The notes: generated by a model from the letters alone, not told the origin. 64,000 bases of DNA from Eledone cirrhosa (GCA_964016885.1 OZ024746.1:79050001-79114000); one strand, 5' to 3'; positions 27,951 to 42,190 are shown, counted from the stretch's first letter. Program-made: numbers and translations.

Positions 27951-28238
27951 CTTTGATAATTTTGATAGGTTTCGGCCAGTATTGGCCCAGGCCATGTCTA
28001 ACCTAATAGCACCACCTGACGAAGTCTTACAAATCAGGGTTTGGGCACCATGGCTCATTCGAGCAGAGAGTTAGTTTACGGATCCATATCCGGGTGTAGG
28101 AGGCTTATTCGGGATTTCTTGAAGGAATTTGTCCAAAGATTTATTGAACTTGATGGGGTCTGTTTCTGTTTTGATGTGTTTTGGTGTAATGTTAAAGAGA
28201 GCTAGGCCAATTGAGGTGAAATAATTATACCGTATTGT
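27950..28238 (-). pseudogene. LINE 3' end (CR1/L2-group-like ORF2 C-terminus + 3' UTR)
   Basis: NYFTSIGLALFNITPKHIK..FNKSLDKFLQEIPNKPPTPGY..N*L resembles the conserved C-terminus of CR1/L2-group ORF2; flanked by (TA)n. Confidence 0.7.
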
Positions 28239-28278
28239 TGTTATATATATATATATATATATATATGAAAAATATGGG

Positions 28279-28312
<34 letters not shown>

Positions 28313-28333
28313 CGTGTGTGTGTGTGCGTGCGC

Positions 28334-28382
<49 letters not shown>

Positions 28383-28735
28383 CGTGCGTGTGTGTGTGTC
28401 TCTGTGTGTGTATATATATATATCTGTTGTGTCTGCGTATTCCTCTGTGCTCACATGTGTATGTGCATGCGTACGTCCGTAATCAAAACGGTACAATGTA
28501 CCACTTCAGTTGTTTCCCCTTAATAAATCCTCCCATCTATTTTGCCAGCTGTCTTCATTACTTCGCCCCACCCACAGCACCAGCCCCTGTCCAAAACACC
28601 ATACCCGTCCATCTCTCTCTTCCATCATTCTTCATTTACTTCCACATCTTTTTCCTCAATATTACCCCGCCCCTGATTTGTTATTTCGTTTACCGCACCT
28701 CTTACAATCACCATTCCACTATCTTCAGGCAATCC

Positions 28736-29216
28736 TTCTTCTTCTTCTTCTTCTTCTTCTTCTTCTTCTTCTTCTTCTTCTTCTTCTTCTTCTTCTTCTT
28801 CTTCTTCTTCTTCTTCTTCTTCTTCTTCTTCTCATTTATTTTCGGGAGGGACGTGGGTGTAGTGTCCTCTGACACACCTTCCACATTGTTGTATCAGAAG
28901 TAACCGTCTCCAAATAATCCGGATGGAATCCCCAAGCGACACCAAGCGATCTCATAGATGTTATCCAATCATCATGCCCATAGTTTATTTCTAGGCCTCT
29001 TGCAGGTTAATTTTTGTCCTTAAAATCTGCCCAGCGACCCTTTCCTTAGACATTATAACCATATGTCCGTAGTGCCGTAGCTGTGATCTCTCCATTCAGT
29101 GAAGTAACGGCTCCGTGTGAAGCGACTTCCTGATCACCGAGCTACGCACCCTATCGAGTAATGTTTCTCCAAAGACAATTCGGAGACGAGTACAAACAAC
29201 CAGTTCTATCAGTTGT
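28736..29216 (-). pseudogene. RTE-clade (Rex3/Expander-like) LINE 3' fragment with (GAA)n tail
   Basis: Minus strand LLDRVRSSVIRKSLHTEPLLH*MERSQLRHYGHMVIMSKERVAGQIL; tail is (TTC)n on the plus strand. Confidence 0.8.
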
Positions 29217-29366
29217 CTTCTTCTTCTTCTTCTTCTTCTTCTTCTTCTTCTTCTTCTTCTTCTCATTTATTTTCAGGAGGGACGTGGGTGTAGTGTCCTC
29301 TGACACACCTTCCACATTGTTGTATCAGAAGCAACCGCCTCCAAATAATCCAGATGGATCCCCAAG
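29217..29366 (-). mobile_element. Second short copy of the same RTE 3' end, joined head-to-tail
   Basis: (TTC)n followed by about 105 bp nearly identical to 28832-28936. Confidence 0.85.
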
Positions 29367-30077
29367 TGGGGTGTAATATAAAAGAAATTTGGCTGCTATC
29401 TCTAGAAAGTCGAACGACAAAGTAGAGGTATAATGCTGGAGGTTTATCTTTCTATTTAATTTGTTGTTTTCTGTTGTTGACGTTGCTGTTTTTATTGTTG
29501 TTGTTGTTGTTATTGATGATGTTGTTGTTGTTGTTGATGTCGTTGGTGGTGGTGGTGTTGCTGATGTTTTAGCCCCTGGTTGGCGATGATATGAACAGGC
29601 ATATGATCAAGCATTTTAGTTATAACAACCCCGTCTTACGCATTCACATAGACAATCCCTGACAAGACTATCCAATGTGTATTCCCATTTTAAGATGGTA
29701 AAATGAGATTTAAATGACATTCGCTTGCTATTTTGGACGTGTCGTACGATGTCTCAGAAGCCCTCCTTTATTAGCTCGTTGATATGGCTTCTTTATAAAT
29801 TGCCTTGTATTCAATTCATTCCATATCTTTCTTTCTTTCTTTTCTCCCTCTTTTCCTCTGCTCCTCCCTCTACATGCGCCTCCGTCTAAGTCTCTGTATC
29901 TACGTGTGGTGTATATCCATTTAAAACAAAATGTCTCTTTGACACACTTTACCACTATGCCTTTGTTTGACGGCCTAGTTTTATCTCCCTCTCTCTACCT
30001 CTCTCTCTGTCTCTTTCTCCATCTATTTTTGCTTACTCATATTACTGCCATACACACCCATATACCTTGACATATAA

Positions 30078-30080
30078 TCA

Positions 30081-30171
<91 letters not shown>

Positions 30172-30258
30172 AATCTATCTATGTATCCATCAATCTATCT
30201 ATCTATCCATCTAACTATCTAACTAACTATCTATCTATCCATCAATCTATCTATCTAT
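30078..30258. repeat. (CTAT)n microsatellite
   Basis: Direct reading. Confidence 0.95.
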
Positions 30259-30466
30259 TTAATTACCCGTCTGTCTGTTCATTAAACCTAGCTATTTCTT
30301 TAACGCCGTCCTACATTACCCCAACTCCGTCATCCATCTTTCTTCTCTTTCGTTACAACTCATTAGATGTCTTAGCTCCATCGACTGTTGCATTTGTCCT
30401 ACACACGCCTCAAGTCATGTAAGTGTGTTTGTGTGGGGCTGTACAAACATACACGTATATGTGTGT

Positions 30467-30517
<51 letters not shown>

Positions 30518-30521
30518 CACA

Positions 30522-30594
<73 letters not shown>

Positions 30595-30634
30595 GTATAT
30601 TATATATATATATAGGAAAGTAAAAAAACAACAA

Positions 30635-30671
<37 letters not shown>

Positions 30672-30924
30672 GTGTGTATGTGTCTGGTGTCTGTGGGGGT
30701 TGTGGGAGGTGTGCACGCGTGTGTTTTACTTGTGAGGGTTGCACGATTTGACGTAGATGTCATGTCAGCTGACCCACCAGAAGGATTTCAGAACATGTCG
30801 TTTTGATAACTGTAATGGTGGATGTATGCGTTACACGTGCCACCGGAAGGTATATAATATCAACACCACTAATACCGCCAGCAGCTTACTCACCCTTCTA
30901 ATTCCCACACAGCCCCGCTACCCT

Positions 30925-31591
30925 CATCATCACCACCACCACCACCACCACCACCACCACCAATAACCAATACAACCGCCACCTAGAAAACCGTCATCGC
31001 CGCCGCGGCCACCACCATACCACCACCACCACCACCACTACAACTGCCACCTACCTAACCATCATCACCGCCGCCGCCACCACCATACCACCACCACCAC
31101 CACCACCACTACAACTGCCACCTACCTAACCATCATCACCGCCGCCGCCACCACCATACCACCACCACCACCACCACCAGTGCTGCCGCGATCACCTCCA
31201 CAATAACTACCACCACCACTATTACCGCACACAGCCCCGTTACCCCCACCACCACCACCACCACCACCATCACCAATACCACCACCCCCACCACCACCAC
31301 CACCACCACCACCACCACTAATACCAGAGCCACCAGTAACAATAATAATTTAGTTATTAAAACAAAAAAAAATCTACAAGGGGGGGGGGGGGGGCAACAA
31401 CTACAACAACAATAAAGTACATCATCCCCACCACCACCACCACCATCACCACCACCACCACCACAACCACCACCACCACCATCACCAAATCACTCGCACC
31501 CATCAACGTACCACTCTTACCCACTCCCCTATCAACAACAACAACAACAACAACAACAACATCGACAACACCGAGAATATCGACAACGCCC

Positions 31592-31624
<33 letters not shown>

Positions 31625-31625
31625 C
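30925..31625. repeat. (CCA)n/(CAA)n low-complexity tract with about three 66-69-bp tandem units
   Basis: ccatcatcaccgccgccgccaccaccatacc... recurs near 30991, 31059 and 31130. Confidence 0.85.
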
Positions 31626-31908
31626 TATCTGGAAGTACATCAGCCATAGAAAGGAAGCAGTCTGAAGCACCATCGCCCATGCTGAGTGACAGCCAGCCGC
31701 AGTGACACGTGAGTGTTTAGGAGAACAGAAGGTTCGAGGCACCTGCTTCAGTAAGCCAACCGGCAAGCGTCACCACGGGGCCGCTATTGTCCGCGCCACG
31801 TGCACTAGTAGCAACACCATGTGTCTAAGGATGGACTGCCGCGACTAACACCTCGGGGTCTAATAAAGTGAAGGAGTGTTGGGGTCAAAAGACGGCTGTT
31901 CGTTCCAA

Positions 31909-32700
<792 letters not shown>

Positions 32701-32837
32701 GCAGTGTAACGAGAAGACATTCATTGACCAAAGGTTATAATGATAATAATAAAGATATGGCCTATAGATTATACCTCTTCATATGTATTGAGTACCCATT
32801 TAAGTTTTCTCTTTCTAGTTCTTGAACTAAGAAAATC

Positions 32838-32868
<31 letters not shown>

Positions 32869-32921
32869 GCACACGCATATTTTATAGTTATGTATATATG
32901 TATATATGTATATATGTATAC

Positions 32922-33027
<106 letters not shown>

Positions 33028-33077
33028 GTATATATATATATATGTATATATATGTATATATATATATATATATATAT

Positions 33078-33550
33078 AAGTTATTCCGGGTTGAATCGGA
33101 GGTAACCACAGTAAGTAAGGTACTCAATACATAGCAAAGTATAAAAGTTTTAATATAGAAGAGCTTCTAGAGCACTAGAACTGTTCCATTCGTGAGAAAT
33201 CATCAGGAAGCTGGCTGTCCAAGTAGTATTTATGTCTTTCCTTATCTGGTGGTAGGAGATGGTGGGGATTGGGATGGGTGGAGGTCATTGGTTGAAGGAT
33301 TTAAAGAAAGGGGATTCATTAAAAGCTAATTCTTTGAAGATATTGTTAATATTATAGCTTCAAAGAATTAGCTTTTAATGAATCCTCTTTCTTTAAATCC
33401 TTCAACCAATGACCTCCACCCACCCCAATCCCCACCCTCTCCTACCACCAGATAAGGAAAGACATAAATACTACTTGGACAGCCAGCTTCCTGATGATTT
33501 CTCACGAATGGAACAGCTCTAGTCCTGTAGACGCTCTTCTATATTAAAAC
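33078..33550. mobile_element. PLE-like fold-back, family A: 193-bp inverted arms, 18-bp spacer
   Basis: Arms 33147-33339 and 33358-33550; the left arm has an extra 70-bp extension; (TA)n on both sides. Confidence 0.85.
33485..33535 (+). ncRNA. Type I hammerhead (family A); antisense twin at 33212-33162
   Basis: AGCTTC-CTGATGA-T TTC tcac GAA T-GGAA-CAG ctctagtc CTG-TA-GACGCT. The GAAA>GGAA core change is present in both arms; other copies keep GAAA. Confidence 0.7.
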
Positions 33551-33562
33551 TATATATATATA

Positions 33563-33619
33563 GAGTCCAGAATTAACCGTCGAAACGGCTTGAGCTCAGC
33601 CGTCGGGGTCTTACTTGTT

Positions 33620-33625
<6 letters not shown>
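33563..33625 (+). mobile_element. Family B fragment
   Basis: agtccagaattaaccgtcgaaacggcttgagctcagccgtcggggtc between TA runs. Confidence 0.75.
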
Positions 33626-33671
<46 letters not shown>

Positions 33672-33705
33672 TGTGAGAAAAACCACAGACCCTCCATCTC
33701 AACTC

Positions 33706-33745
33706 TACTTTTGAAAAGCAGAAGAACTGCGAAACCGGTAAAGGA
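33706..33745 (+). ncRNA. Minimal hammerhead (family H) with CCGG palindromic loop III
   Basis: TACTT-TTGAAAA-GCAG aagaa CTGC-GAAA-CCGG-TA-AAGGA. Core decayed by two transitions; the sister copy at 11026 has AAGTA, which pairs perfectly with TACTT. Confidence 0.6.
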
Positions 33746-33821
33746 ACTAAATAAATATATATTTTTATAAAAAAAAGACTCCAGTTGCATTTTCGATTTC
33801 ATCTTTTTTCCCTATATATAT

Positions 33822-33995
33822 ATATAACGAAGGAAGTGTGGTAAGGAACCAGATGAACCATAACTCACCAGAGCACTCAATACCTTCGGTAATAGAGTGG
33901 GTAATAGGAAAACATTCAAAAATTCTAACTTAGTCCAGAAATAGCCGCCTGAACGGCTAGAGCTCTGCCGTAGGGGTTTTGAACTTTTTCCTATA
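33822..33995. mobile_element. Family B fold-back fragment
   Basis: Antisense 3' extension plus a sense arm, flanked by TA. Confidence 0.7.
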
Positions 33996-34004
33996 AATAT
34001 ATAT

Positions 34005-34073
<69 letters not shown>

Positions 34074-34478
34074 GAGAGAGAGTGCGAGAGAGAGAGAGAG
34101 AGAGAGAGAGTGAGAGAGAGACAAAGAGGGAGAGAGAGAGAGATAGGTAGAGAGAGGGAGAGAGAGAGAGAGAGAGGTGAGAGGTGAGGGTAACAGCTGT
34201 CTATCCATACACACATACGCGGGTGAGCTTAAGTAAACAATTGGAAACGGTTTACACAATGAAGCAATATCTGTATGCATCAATGCACATAAACACGCAC
34301 TTATGTATGTATGTATGTATGTATGTATGTATGTATGTATGTATGTATGTATGTATGTATGTATGTATGCATGTATGCATGTATGTATGCCTATACGTAT
34401 ATATGCTTAGTTGTATATATACATATAGAGATACGTACATATGTATGTATATATATATATGTATTCGAATACATACAC

Positions 34479-34550
<72 letters not shown>

Positions 34551-34637
34551 TGTGTGTGTGTGTGTAGTTAAGATCTTTCAATAGGCGGTATGCCGGTTGA
34601 TCACTCTATGCTCTTACATATTAAAATAACAGATTAA

Positions 34638-34686
34638 ACTTTAAGCAAAGAATCTCTGCTTTCACCCTTAACGGGATCTTCTGAAA
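34638..34686 (-). ncRNA. Hammerhead-like fold (family E); truncated sister at 37825-37783
   Basis: AGTTT-CAGAAGA-T CCC gttaa GGG T-GAAA-GCAGAG att CTTTGC-TT-AAAGT; the sister has AAACT, which completes stem I. One core change (U4>A). Confidence 0.6.
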
Positions 34687-35236
34687 CTAAAAAAAAAATC
34701 AATCCGCAGAAGTAAATATTTCGAAAAACGTTGCAACCGAAGGAAAACAGGAAGACGATACTTTGGTCCGTGAAGACATTCTCTGGCAATGAACGGAAAA
34801 AAGCGACGATAATACGTCGTTATGTGGAGCGTGGAGAACAATTACACGCAAAGACAAAACCACGTTTATGTTATAAATGGAGTCATTAGACTAATATTTG
34901 CTCTATGGTTTTTATATATTTGATATATATATTATCTTCATCGATCCCTCTTCGTATTTTAGCCTGCACGTTTATTATTATTACTATATATATATATATA
35001 TATTGTTATACTTGGGGAGGGGCATATTGTTGCAATAATATTGCCAGAAATTATAACAGAACACACTCACTTTTGGTTGGTTTTCGCTTCTGTATCTTTT
35101 ATATCTCCATAGTTAAATCATTTGGCCACCAATGTTTATCATTGACTGACCAACGGTAAAAAAAAATACAGATATAAATACATATATATATAGTCTAACA
35201 AAGTTCTTTCGTTGCACATCTGCAACATCATCAATG

Positions 35237-35350
<114 letters not shown>

Positions 35351-35558
35351 CATTAAGTATACTGACCCCTAAAGTTTCATTCTATTTCGTTAGTATGTAT
35401 TTATTTATCAGCTTAAAGTTATGTGATTTTGTTGGTCACTATATTCTAGAAATATTTAAAAAGAAATATGTTGCTTTAGTGATATGGTGGGTTAGTAAAC
35501 ATGCATACCATAGATAGATGTAGAAAATACCTTTTTAACCTCTACAGATGTGTCAGCC

Positions 35559-35647
<89 letters not shown>

Positions 35648-36168
35648 CTTCTTCTTCTTCTTCTTCTTCTTCTTCTTCTTCTTCTTCTTCTTCTTCTTCT
35701 TCTTCTTCTTCTTCTTCTTCTTCTTCTTCTCATTTATTTTCGGGAGCGACGTGGGTGTAGTGTCCTCTGACACACCTTCCACATTGTTGTATCAGAAGCA
35801 ACCGTCTCCAAATAATCCGGATGGAATCCCCAAGCGACACCAAGCGATCTCATAGATGTTATCCAATCATCATGCCCATAGTTTATTTCTAGGCCTCTTG
35901 CAGGTTAATTTTTGTCCTTAAAATCTGCCCAGCGACCCTTTCCTTAAACATTATAACCATATGTCCGTAGTGCCGTAGCTGTGATCTCTCCATTCAGTGA
36001 AGTAACGGCTCCGTGTGAAGCGACTTCCTGATCACCGAGCTACGCACCCTATCGAGTAATGTTTCTCCAAAGACCATTCGGAGACGAGTACCATCAACCA
36101 GTTCTATCAGTTGTGTTCGCGATCGTATTCTTTCAATCGTTACCCAAGACTCGTGACCATAAGCTTAG
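35559..36168 (-). pseudogene. RTE-clade (Rex3/Expander-like) fragment with (GAA)n tail abutting (CAA)n
   Basis: Nearly identical to 28736-29216 and extends further 5' with YGHESWVTIERIRSRTQ. Confidence 0.82.
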
Positions 36169-36534
36169 ACATAGCATTTTATATTAATGACCCGGGAAGG
36201 ATGAAAGCAAAAGTTGATCTCAGTGGAATTTCAGATCATTACATCTTTCTATGACTATATAGCTTGGTTATGAACAGTGTTGAAAAAGTGAAACAGATAG
36301 ATATAATGCAAGACTGTATATGTTAGACATTCAGATCCCACTATAGGACATACACACATACACAGGCACAGAAACACATACATATACAGGCCCAGGCACA
36401 CATGGACAGGTAGAGATACGCATACATATAGAGGCACAGACATATAAAACACACACAGGTATACACACACATATACATACACACACATATACACACATAC
36501 ATAAGTAGAGACGCAAACATTGCCATCCTAATAT

Positions 36535-36641
<107 letters not shown>

Positions 36642-36983
36642 GAGAGGTATAGAGATTGTTTTAGCAAGAAGCTAACGGCATTCTATAACATATATGCGAC
36701 TATAACGTCAAGATGGGAAAAGTTTAACGAAAGATTTAGGAAAAATAACTCAAACTCATCTCAAAAGAGAATCAGGATATAAATTCATCCACAGAATTTA
36801 GTGAAATCCAGGGAAAAATCTATAGACCTTTAACTCATGATAAAATAAAGTTTGAAACACTTATCCTTCAATTTGGAATAACATCAAATGCTCTGTATAG
36901 TCTTAAAAGACTATTTCATGAAAACTTTCAGTGGAGATGGTCACGGTTGGATTTCATTCATCTGCAGAGCTCATATATATATA

Positions 36984-37429
36984 TATATCATAAATTATGT
37001 CCATAGAATCAATCAGATATTAAAATATATACTATTTCTTCTTCTAATCAGCATAATTAACCATATACAAAATCAAATCTAGCAAGCTTTAAGAATAAAT
37101 TTTCTTACGGGGAAATCCCTGACAAGCAATTGATCGTAGCCTCTTCGCGGCGGCTCCGTTCCACTATTTATCAAACACTTCGGCAGCATGCAGAATCCGA
37201 TCAAATATACTATCAACCACACATAATTGCCGAAGTGTTTGATAAATAGTGGAACGGAGCCGCCGCGAAGAGGCTACGATCAATTGCTTGTCAGGGATTT
37301 CCCCGTAAGAAAATTTATTCTTAAAGCTTGCTAGATTTGATTTTGTATATGGTTAATTATGCTGATTAGAAGAAGAAATGGTATATATTTTAATATCTGA
37401 TTGATTCTATGGACATAATTTATGATATA
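36984..37429. repeat. Near-perfect palindrome, 202-bp arms, 42-bp spacer (family F)
   Basis: Arms 36984-37185 and 37228-37429 with one mismatch seen; arms and spacer are homologous to 2940-3160. Confidence 0.92.
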
Positions 37430-37533
37430 ATGCTCTGATCTTTTGATTTTAATTTATTAATTCTTCATTGAGCTTAAAAGTGAACAGTTGCAACATATAT
37501 ATACCCTTAATTTAATTTTATGTATATGATAAC

Positions 37534-37628
<95 letters not shown>

Positions 37629-37827
37629 TATACACATATACACACACATACATAAGTAGACACAAACATTGACATCTTAATATATATATATACATATATA
37701 CACATACACACATAAGTACAGGCACAAACATTGACATCTTAATATATATATATATATTTATATTTATTAAAATAACAGATTAAAGTTTAAGCAAAGAATC
37801 GCTGCTTTCACCCTTAACGGGATCATT

Positions 37828-39500
37828 ATATAACGAAGGAGTTGTGGTAAGGAACCAGATGGACCATAACGCACCAAAGTACTCAATACTTAGGGTAGTA
37901 GAGTGGGTAATAGGAACATTTATGACCCCCGACGGCAGAGCTCAAGCCGTTTCGACGGCTATTTCTGGACTAAATAAGAATTTTTACCCCGGTAAGTAAA
38001 TAGCAGGGGGTATTACCTTATAGGGGAAGATAGTAATTGTCGAGAGGAATGGTCAAAAATTTGTTGTAAAGACAGATCATGGCATTTGGTGGGAGGTAGA
38101 GGTGGCTGAACTTGCCGGTAGAACAAAGAGGGAGTGGGGGAAACCCAGTGAAGTGTTGAAATTGAAATCTATACAGCAGATTCTAAGGATAGTGTAAAGG
38201 TCGAAAAAAGTGTACCCGGCCCGGCGACATGCCACTAGACTTTCGGGCCACATCTGGGACCTCAAAGATAATAATATAACCTACAATCTCACTTGGAAGC
38301 TACTGTCCAGAGCTAACCCTTACACGGGAGGACGCGTCCGTGTAACTTATGCTCGGAGGAAAGATTACAAATGCTGTTTTCGAAGGACCAACTCCTAAAC
38401 AAGAAAGACGAACTGGTAACCGCATGCAAACACAGATTGCGTAGGACTTACCTCGCCCTCAAACCCCATAATGATCGGGGGGGGGTAGACAAGGGCTGAT
38501 ACCCCACTTGCCGATTTTGTAAGGGGTAACCCTGCTTACAAAGGTAGACGTAACTTTTTTATCTTTTCCTCTATGTTTCATTCTTCCCCCATCTCTTCCT
38601 AGTCCTTCCACCCCAGATCTCCTTCCTCGTCTCATTTTTATACCTTTCGCCTACCCCGATGCAGCCCATCGGTCCTCTGTAGCCTCAGTACCCCCCTAAT
38701 TTTAAGATAGAATTGGCCGATTACGCTTTTTATAGCAGATGTGTTAGACCCCAGTAACATTTTTTCTTTTTGGTTGCTGCTCCATTTCTATGGTTTCTAA
38801 ATTTCTTAGTGGTATTTTTGTATTAGTATTTTTGTATTAGTCTTTTTGTATTAGTATTAATATTTTTGTAATAGTATTTTAGTATTTTTGTTCTCAACTT
38901 ATTAACCTGTCATTGTAAGATAGCATTGGCTGATTACTAACTATCTATAGCAGCGGTGTTAGACCCCCTGTAAAGCCGGCTTTATAAAATTCTTTCACTA
39001 CAATCTCTTATTTAGTATTTTTCCCATTCTCCACCTATTAAACTTTTCTATAGCTTAGCAATACCAATGAGAAATTTGGTGATTGTAGAGATGGAGTAGT
39101 AACCAGAAATTGTTTTTATATATTTATTTCCTTATTTTTATAATGTTTTTTTTTTTACTCCCTTTCGATTTACCTATTCTTCCAACTCCCCACCCCCCTG
39201 CTCTTCTCCAGTACACTTTTTTCGACCTTTACACTATCTTAGAATCTGCTGCATAGATTTTAATTTCAACGCTTTACTGGGTTTCCCCCCACTCCCTCTT
39301 TGTTCTACCGGCAAGTTCAGCCACCCCTACCTCCCACCAGATGCCATGATCTGTCTTTACAACACATTTTTGACCATTCCTCTCGACAATTACAATCTTC
39401 TGAGAAGTTCGGGTATTTATTTACCAGGCTAAAAATTCTTATTTAGTCCAGAAATAGCCGTCGAAACGGCTTGAGCTTTGCCGTCGGGGTCATACTTGTT

Positions 39501-39504
<4 letters not shown>
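37828..39504 (+). mobile_element. 5'-truncated Penelope-like element with inverted terminal repeat (family B)
   Basis: Antisense arm 37828-38215 pairs with sense arm 39211-39504. 38222-38499 encodes HATRLSGHIWDLKDNNITYNLTWKLLSRANPYTGG/PCNLCSEERLQMLFSKDQLLNKKDELVTACKHR (one frameshift), the C-terminal part of PLE GIY-YIG. The 3' end lies in (TA)n. Confidence 0.9.
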
Positions 39505-39577
<73 letters not shown>

Positions 39578-39964
39578 TTACATAAGTACAGACACAAACA
39601 TTGAAACCCAATATATATGTATATACAAGAAAGTATTTTTTTGTGTTCGTCTCTGATTTTAGGCGTGCACGCTTGTGTGTGTCTATCCATCCATTCATAG
39701 AGTCAGCTTGTCATGGCACGTGTGCATAACCCATGAATTCAGAAGGGACATACACACGACGACTTATGGTAAACTCCATATGAAGTCTTAATACTGCAGT
39801 TTAATAATACAAAAAAGCTATATACAACTTGATTCGGTAGTCTATGGCTTTATATTATCTTCATGATTTTACCATTTTTTTTCTTTATGTAAATACCCCC
39901 ACCTCGCTGTTTTCGCACTCCGTTTTCATATTGTCCATAACAGCTTGGTTCCTTGTGCTCAAAA

Positions 39965-40325
39965 TAATAATTGTTTCTACTTTTGGCATAAGGCCAGCAA
40001 TTTCTCCAGTGCATTACTGGTACTATATTTTATCGACCCCGTAAAAATGAAACGCAAAATTAATCTCGGCGGGATTTGAACTCAGAACGTAAAGGGCCAT
40101 AACTCTATTCTGAAAAGCATGGTGTCTGATGCTCTACCGATACTGCCAAACTACTATGGGCACAATGCCAGCAATTTTGGGGGAGAGGAAAGTCGATTAA
40201 ATCTACCCTAGTGCATTACTGGTGTTGTATTTTATCGACCCCGTAAGGATGAAAGACAAAGCTAATCTCGGCGGGATATAAACTCAGAATGCAGGGTGTC
40301 CGACGCTCTACCGACACTGTCAATC
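39965..40325 (-). mobile_element. Two tandem SINE copies (short 39965-40150, long 40158-40325)
   Basis: Both match the SINE consensus; the second carries the extra gtcgatt-aatcgac hairpin segment. Confidence 0.88.
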
Positions 40326-40791
40326 CAAATAATAATAATAATGATAATTGTTACTATTATTATTAATGTTATTCTTGGTGCTGTTGTTTTGTTCTTCTTG
40401 CAGCGGGTAGTAGCAGGTTATTTCACAAACCTTTCCCTTCGCTATTTTCACCTCGAAAGTCTACCTTACGTCTCCATTATATCAAACCAACGCCACCACC
40501 ACGACAAGAGAATTGCATTGTATGTATCTCCAGAGCTCTTGGAGAAAATAGTGAGGATAAGCTGACATCCTTATGCATTGTGATTATGAATCGATGCATA
40601 GTAATGACTACGATTGCCTAGAATGAAAAGTGCTCGAGTGGGTTATAGAGAGACGTCAAATATGTCCCGACGTGGATAGAGGAAATAGGATTTGTCTGGC
40701 GTACTCTATTGTTGTTCAGGATTGGATAATATATTTGCATTCCTACAGATTTGAGTCGCTGAAATTAAACATCATAAAAGGCTGAATTAAT

Positions 40792-41010
40792 GATTTCTAG
40801 TATAGGCACAAAGCCAGTAATTTGGGGGCAGAGGAAAGTCGATTAAATCGACCCCAGTACGTTACTGGTGCTTTATTTTATCTACCCCGTAAGGAAGAAA
40901 GGCAACGTTAACCTCGGTGGGATTTGAACTCAGACCGTAAAGGGTCGTAACTCTATGCTGCAAAGCATGGCATCCGCCTCTCTACCGATACTGCCAATTC
41001 ACCACCATAG
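40792..41010 (-). mobile_element. SINE (long subfamily) with 14-bp TSD
   Basis: TSD aaggctgaattaat at 40778-40791 and 41011-41024. Confidence 0.9.
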
Positions 41011-41316
41011 AAGGCTGAATTAATATCTTGAAGTATTTGGCTGACGTTCTCACAATGTTTAATAAAAGTAAAAATAAAACTGAACCATATCCATACATTT
41101 CGTTAACCTTCGCATACAAACAAACACAGATACGAGCACGTGTACATACACACACACACACTCTCTCTCTCTCTTCCTGTTGCTTCTTCATCATCATCAT
41201 CATCTTCGTCATTATTCCTTCTTCTCCTTCTCTTCCTCTTCCTCTTCATTATCCTCTTATAATTAAAATCAGTTCACGCTGCGTCGACACCACTGTGTGT
41301 CTATGCACACACACAA

Positions 41317-41359
<43 letters not shown>

Positions 41360-41360
<1 letters not shown>

Positions 41361-41453
41361 GGTGTTCCTCAAAAATGTATACATACTTCAACAGCATTCT
41401 AAGAAACATTGCCTGTGCAGGCAATCAAAGTAAGTATACATTTTGGGGGTACC

Positions 41454-41457
<4 letters not shown>
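41360..41457. mobile_element. Mariner-type mini-MITE
   Basis: Imperfect TIRs ggtgttcctcaaaaatgtatacatactt / aagtaagtatacattttgggggtaccctg within (TA)n. Confidence 0.6.
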
Positions 41458-41513
<56 letters not shown>

Positions 41514-41544
41514 CAAAGGATAGACACACAAAATAAAAAATCTA

Positions 41545-41587
41545 GTCACTGAGGAGGTCACAGAATGTGTGACGAAAGAGCTTTGAC
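41545..41587 (+). ncRNA. Minimal type I hammerhead (family G), intact core
   Basis: GTCA-CTGAGGA-G-GTCAC agaatgt GTGAC-GAAA-GAGC-TT-TGAC. Homologous to the degenerate copy at the 3' end of the PLE at 15778-15736. Confidence 0.78.
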
Positions 41588-41696
41588 AACACATAAACAA
41601 CCTTCCGATTATCGAACCAACCAACCGGAAATTTATAATAAATTGAAGTGGAAACGAACTGGTCCGTGTGTTTTTATTGCCAACATGACCCTCCCA

Positions 41697-41787
<91 letters not shown>

Positions 41788-41788
<1 letters not shown>

Positions 41789-41926
41789 GTTATTCCGGGT
41801 TGAGTCGGAGGTAACCACAGTAAGTAAGGTACTCAATACATTGCAGAGTATAAAAGTTTTAATATAGATGAGATTCTACAGGTCTAGAACTGTTTCATTC
41901 TTTAGAAATCATCATTCCTGATGATT
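41788..41926 (-). mobile_element. Family A fragment with hammerhead and 12-bp fold-back at the core
   Basis: Minus strand TGATGA-TTTC taaa GAAT-GAAA-CAG ttctagac CTG-TA-GAATCT, immediately followed by sense ttcctgatgatt and (TA)n. Confidence 0.75.
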
Positions 41927-42009
41927 ATATATATATATATAGTAATAATAATAAATTTGAAGACTAAAATCCAAAGAGGGCTCGATAAGGATAAATATAT
42001 ATATATATG

Positions 42010-42190
<181 letters not shown>

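Noticed and set aside
30740-30855. Cys-containing short ORF MSCQLTHQKDFRTCRFDNCNGGCMRYTCHRK
   Set aside because: Weak splice signals, no recognisable domain, and it runs into a CCA repeat.
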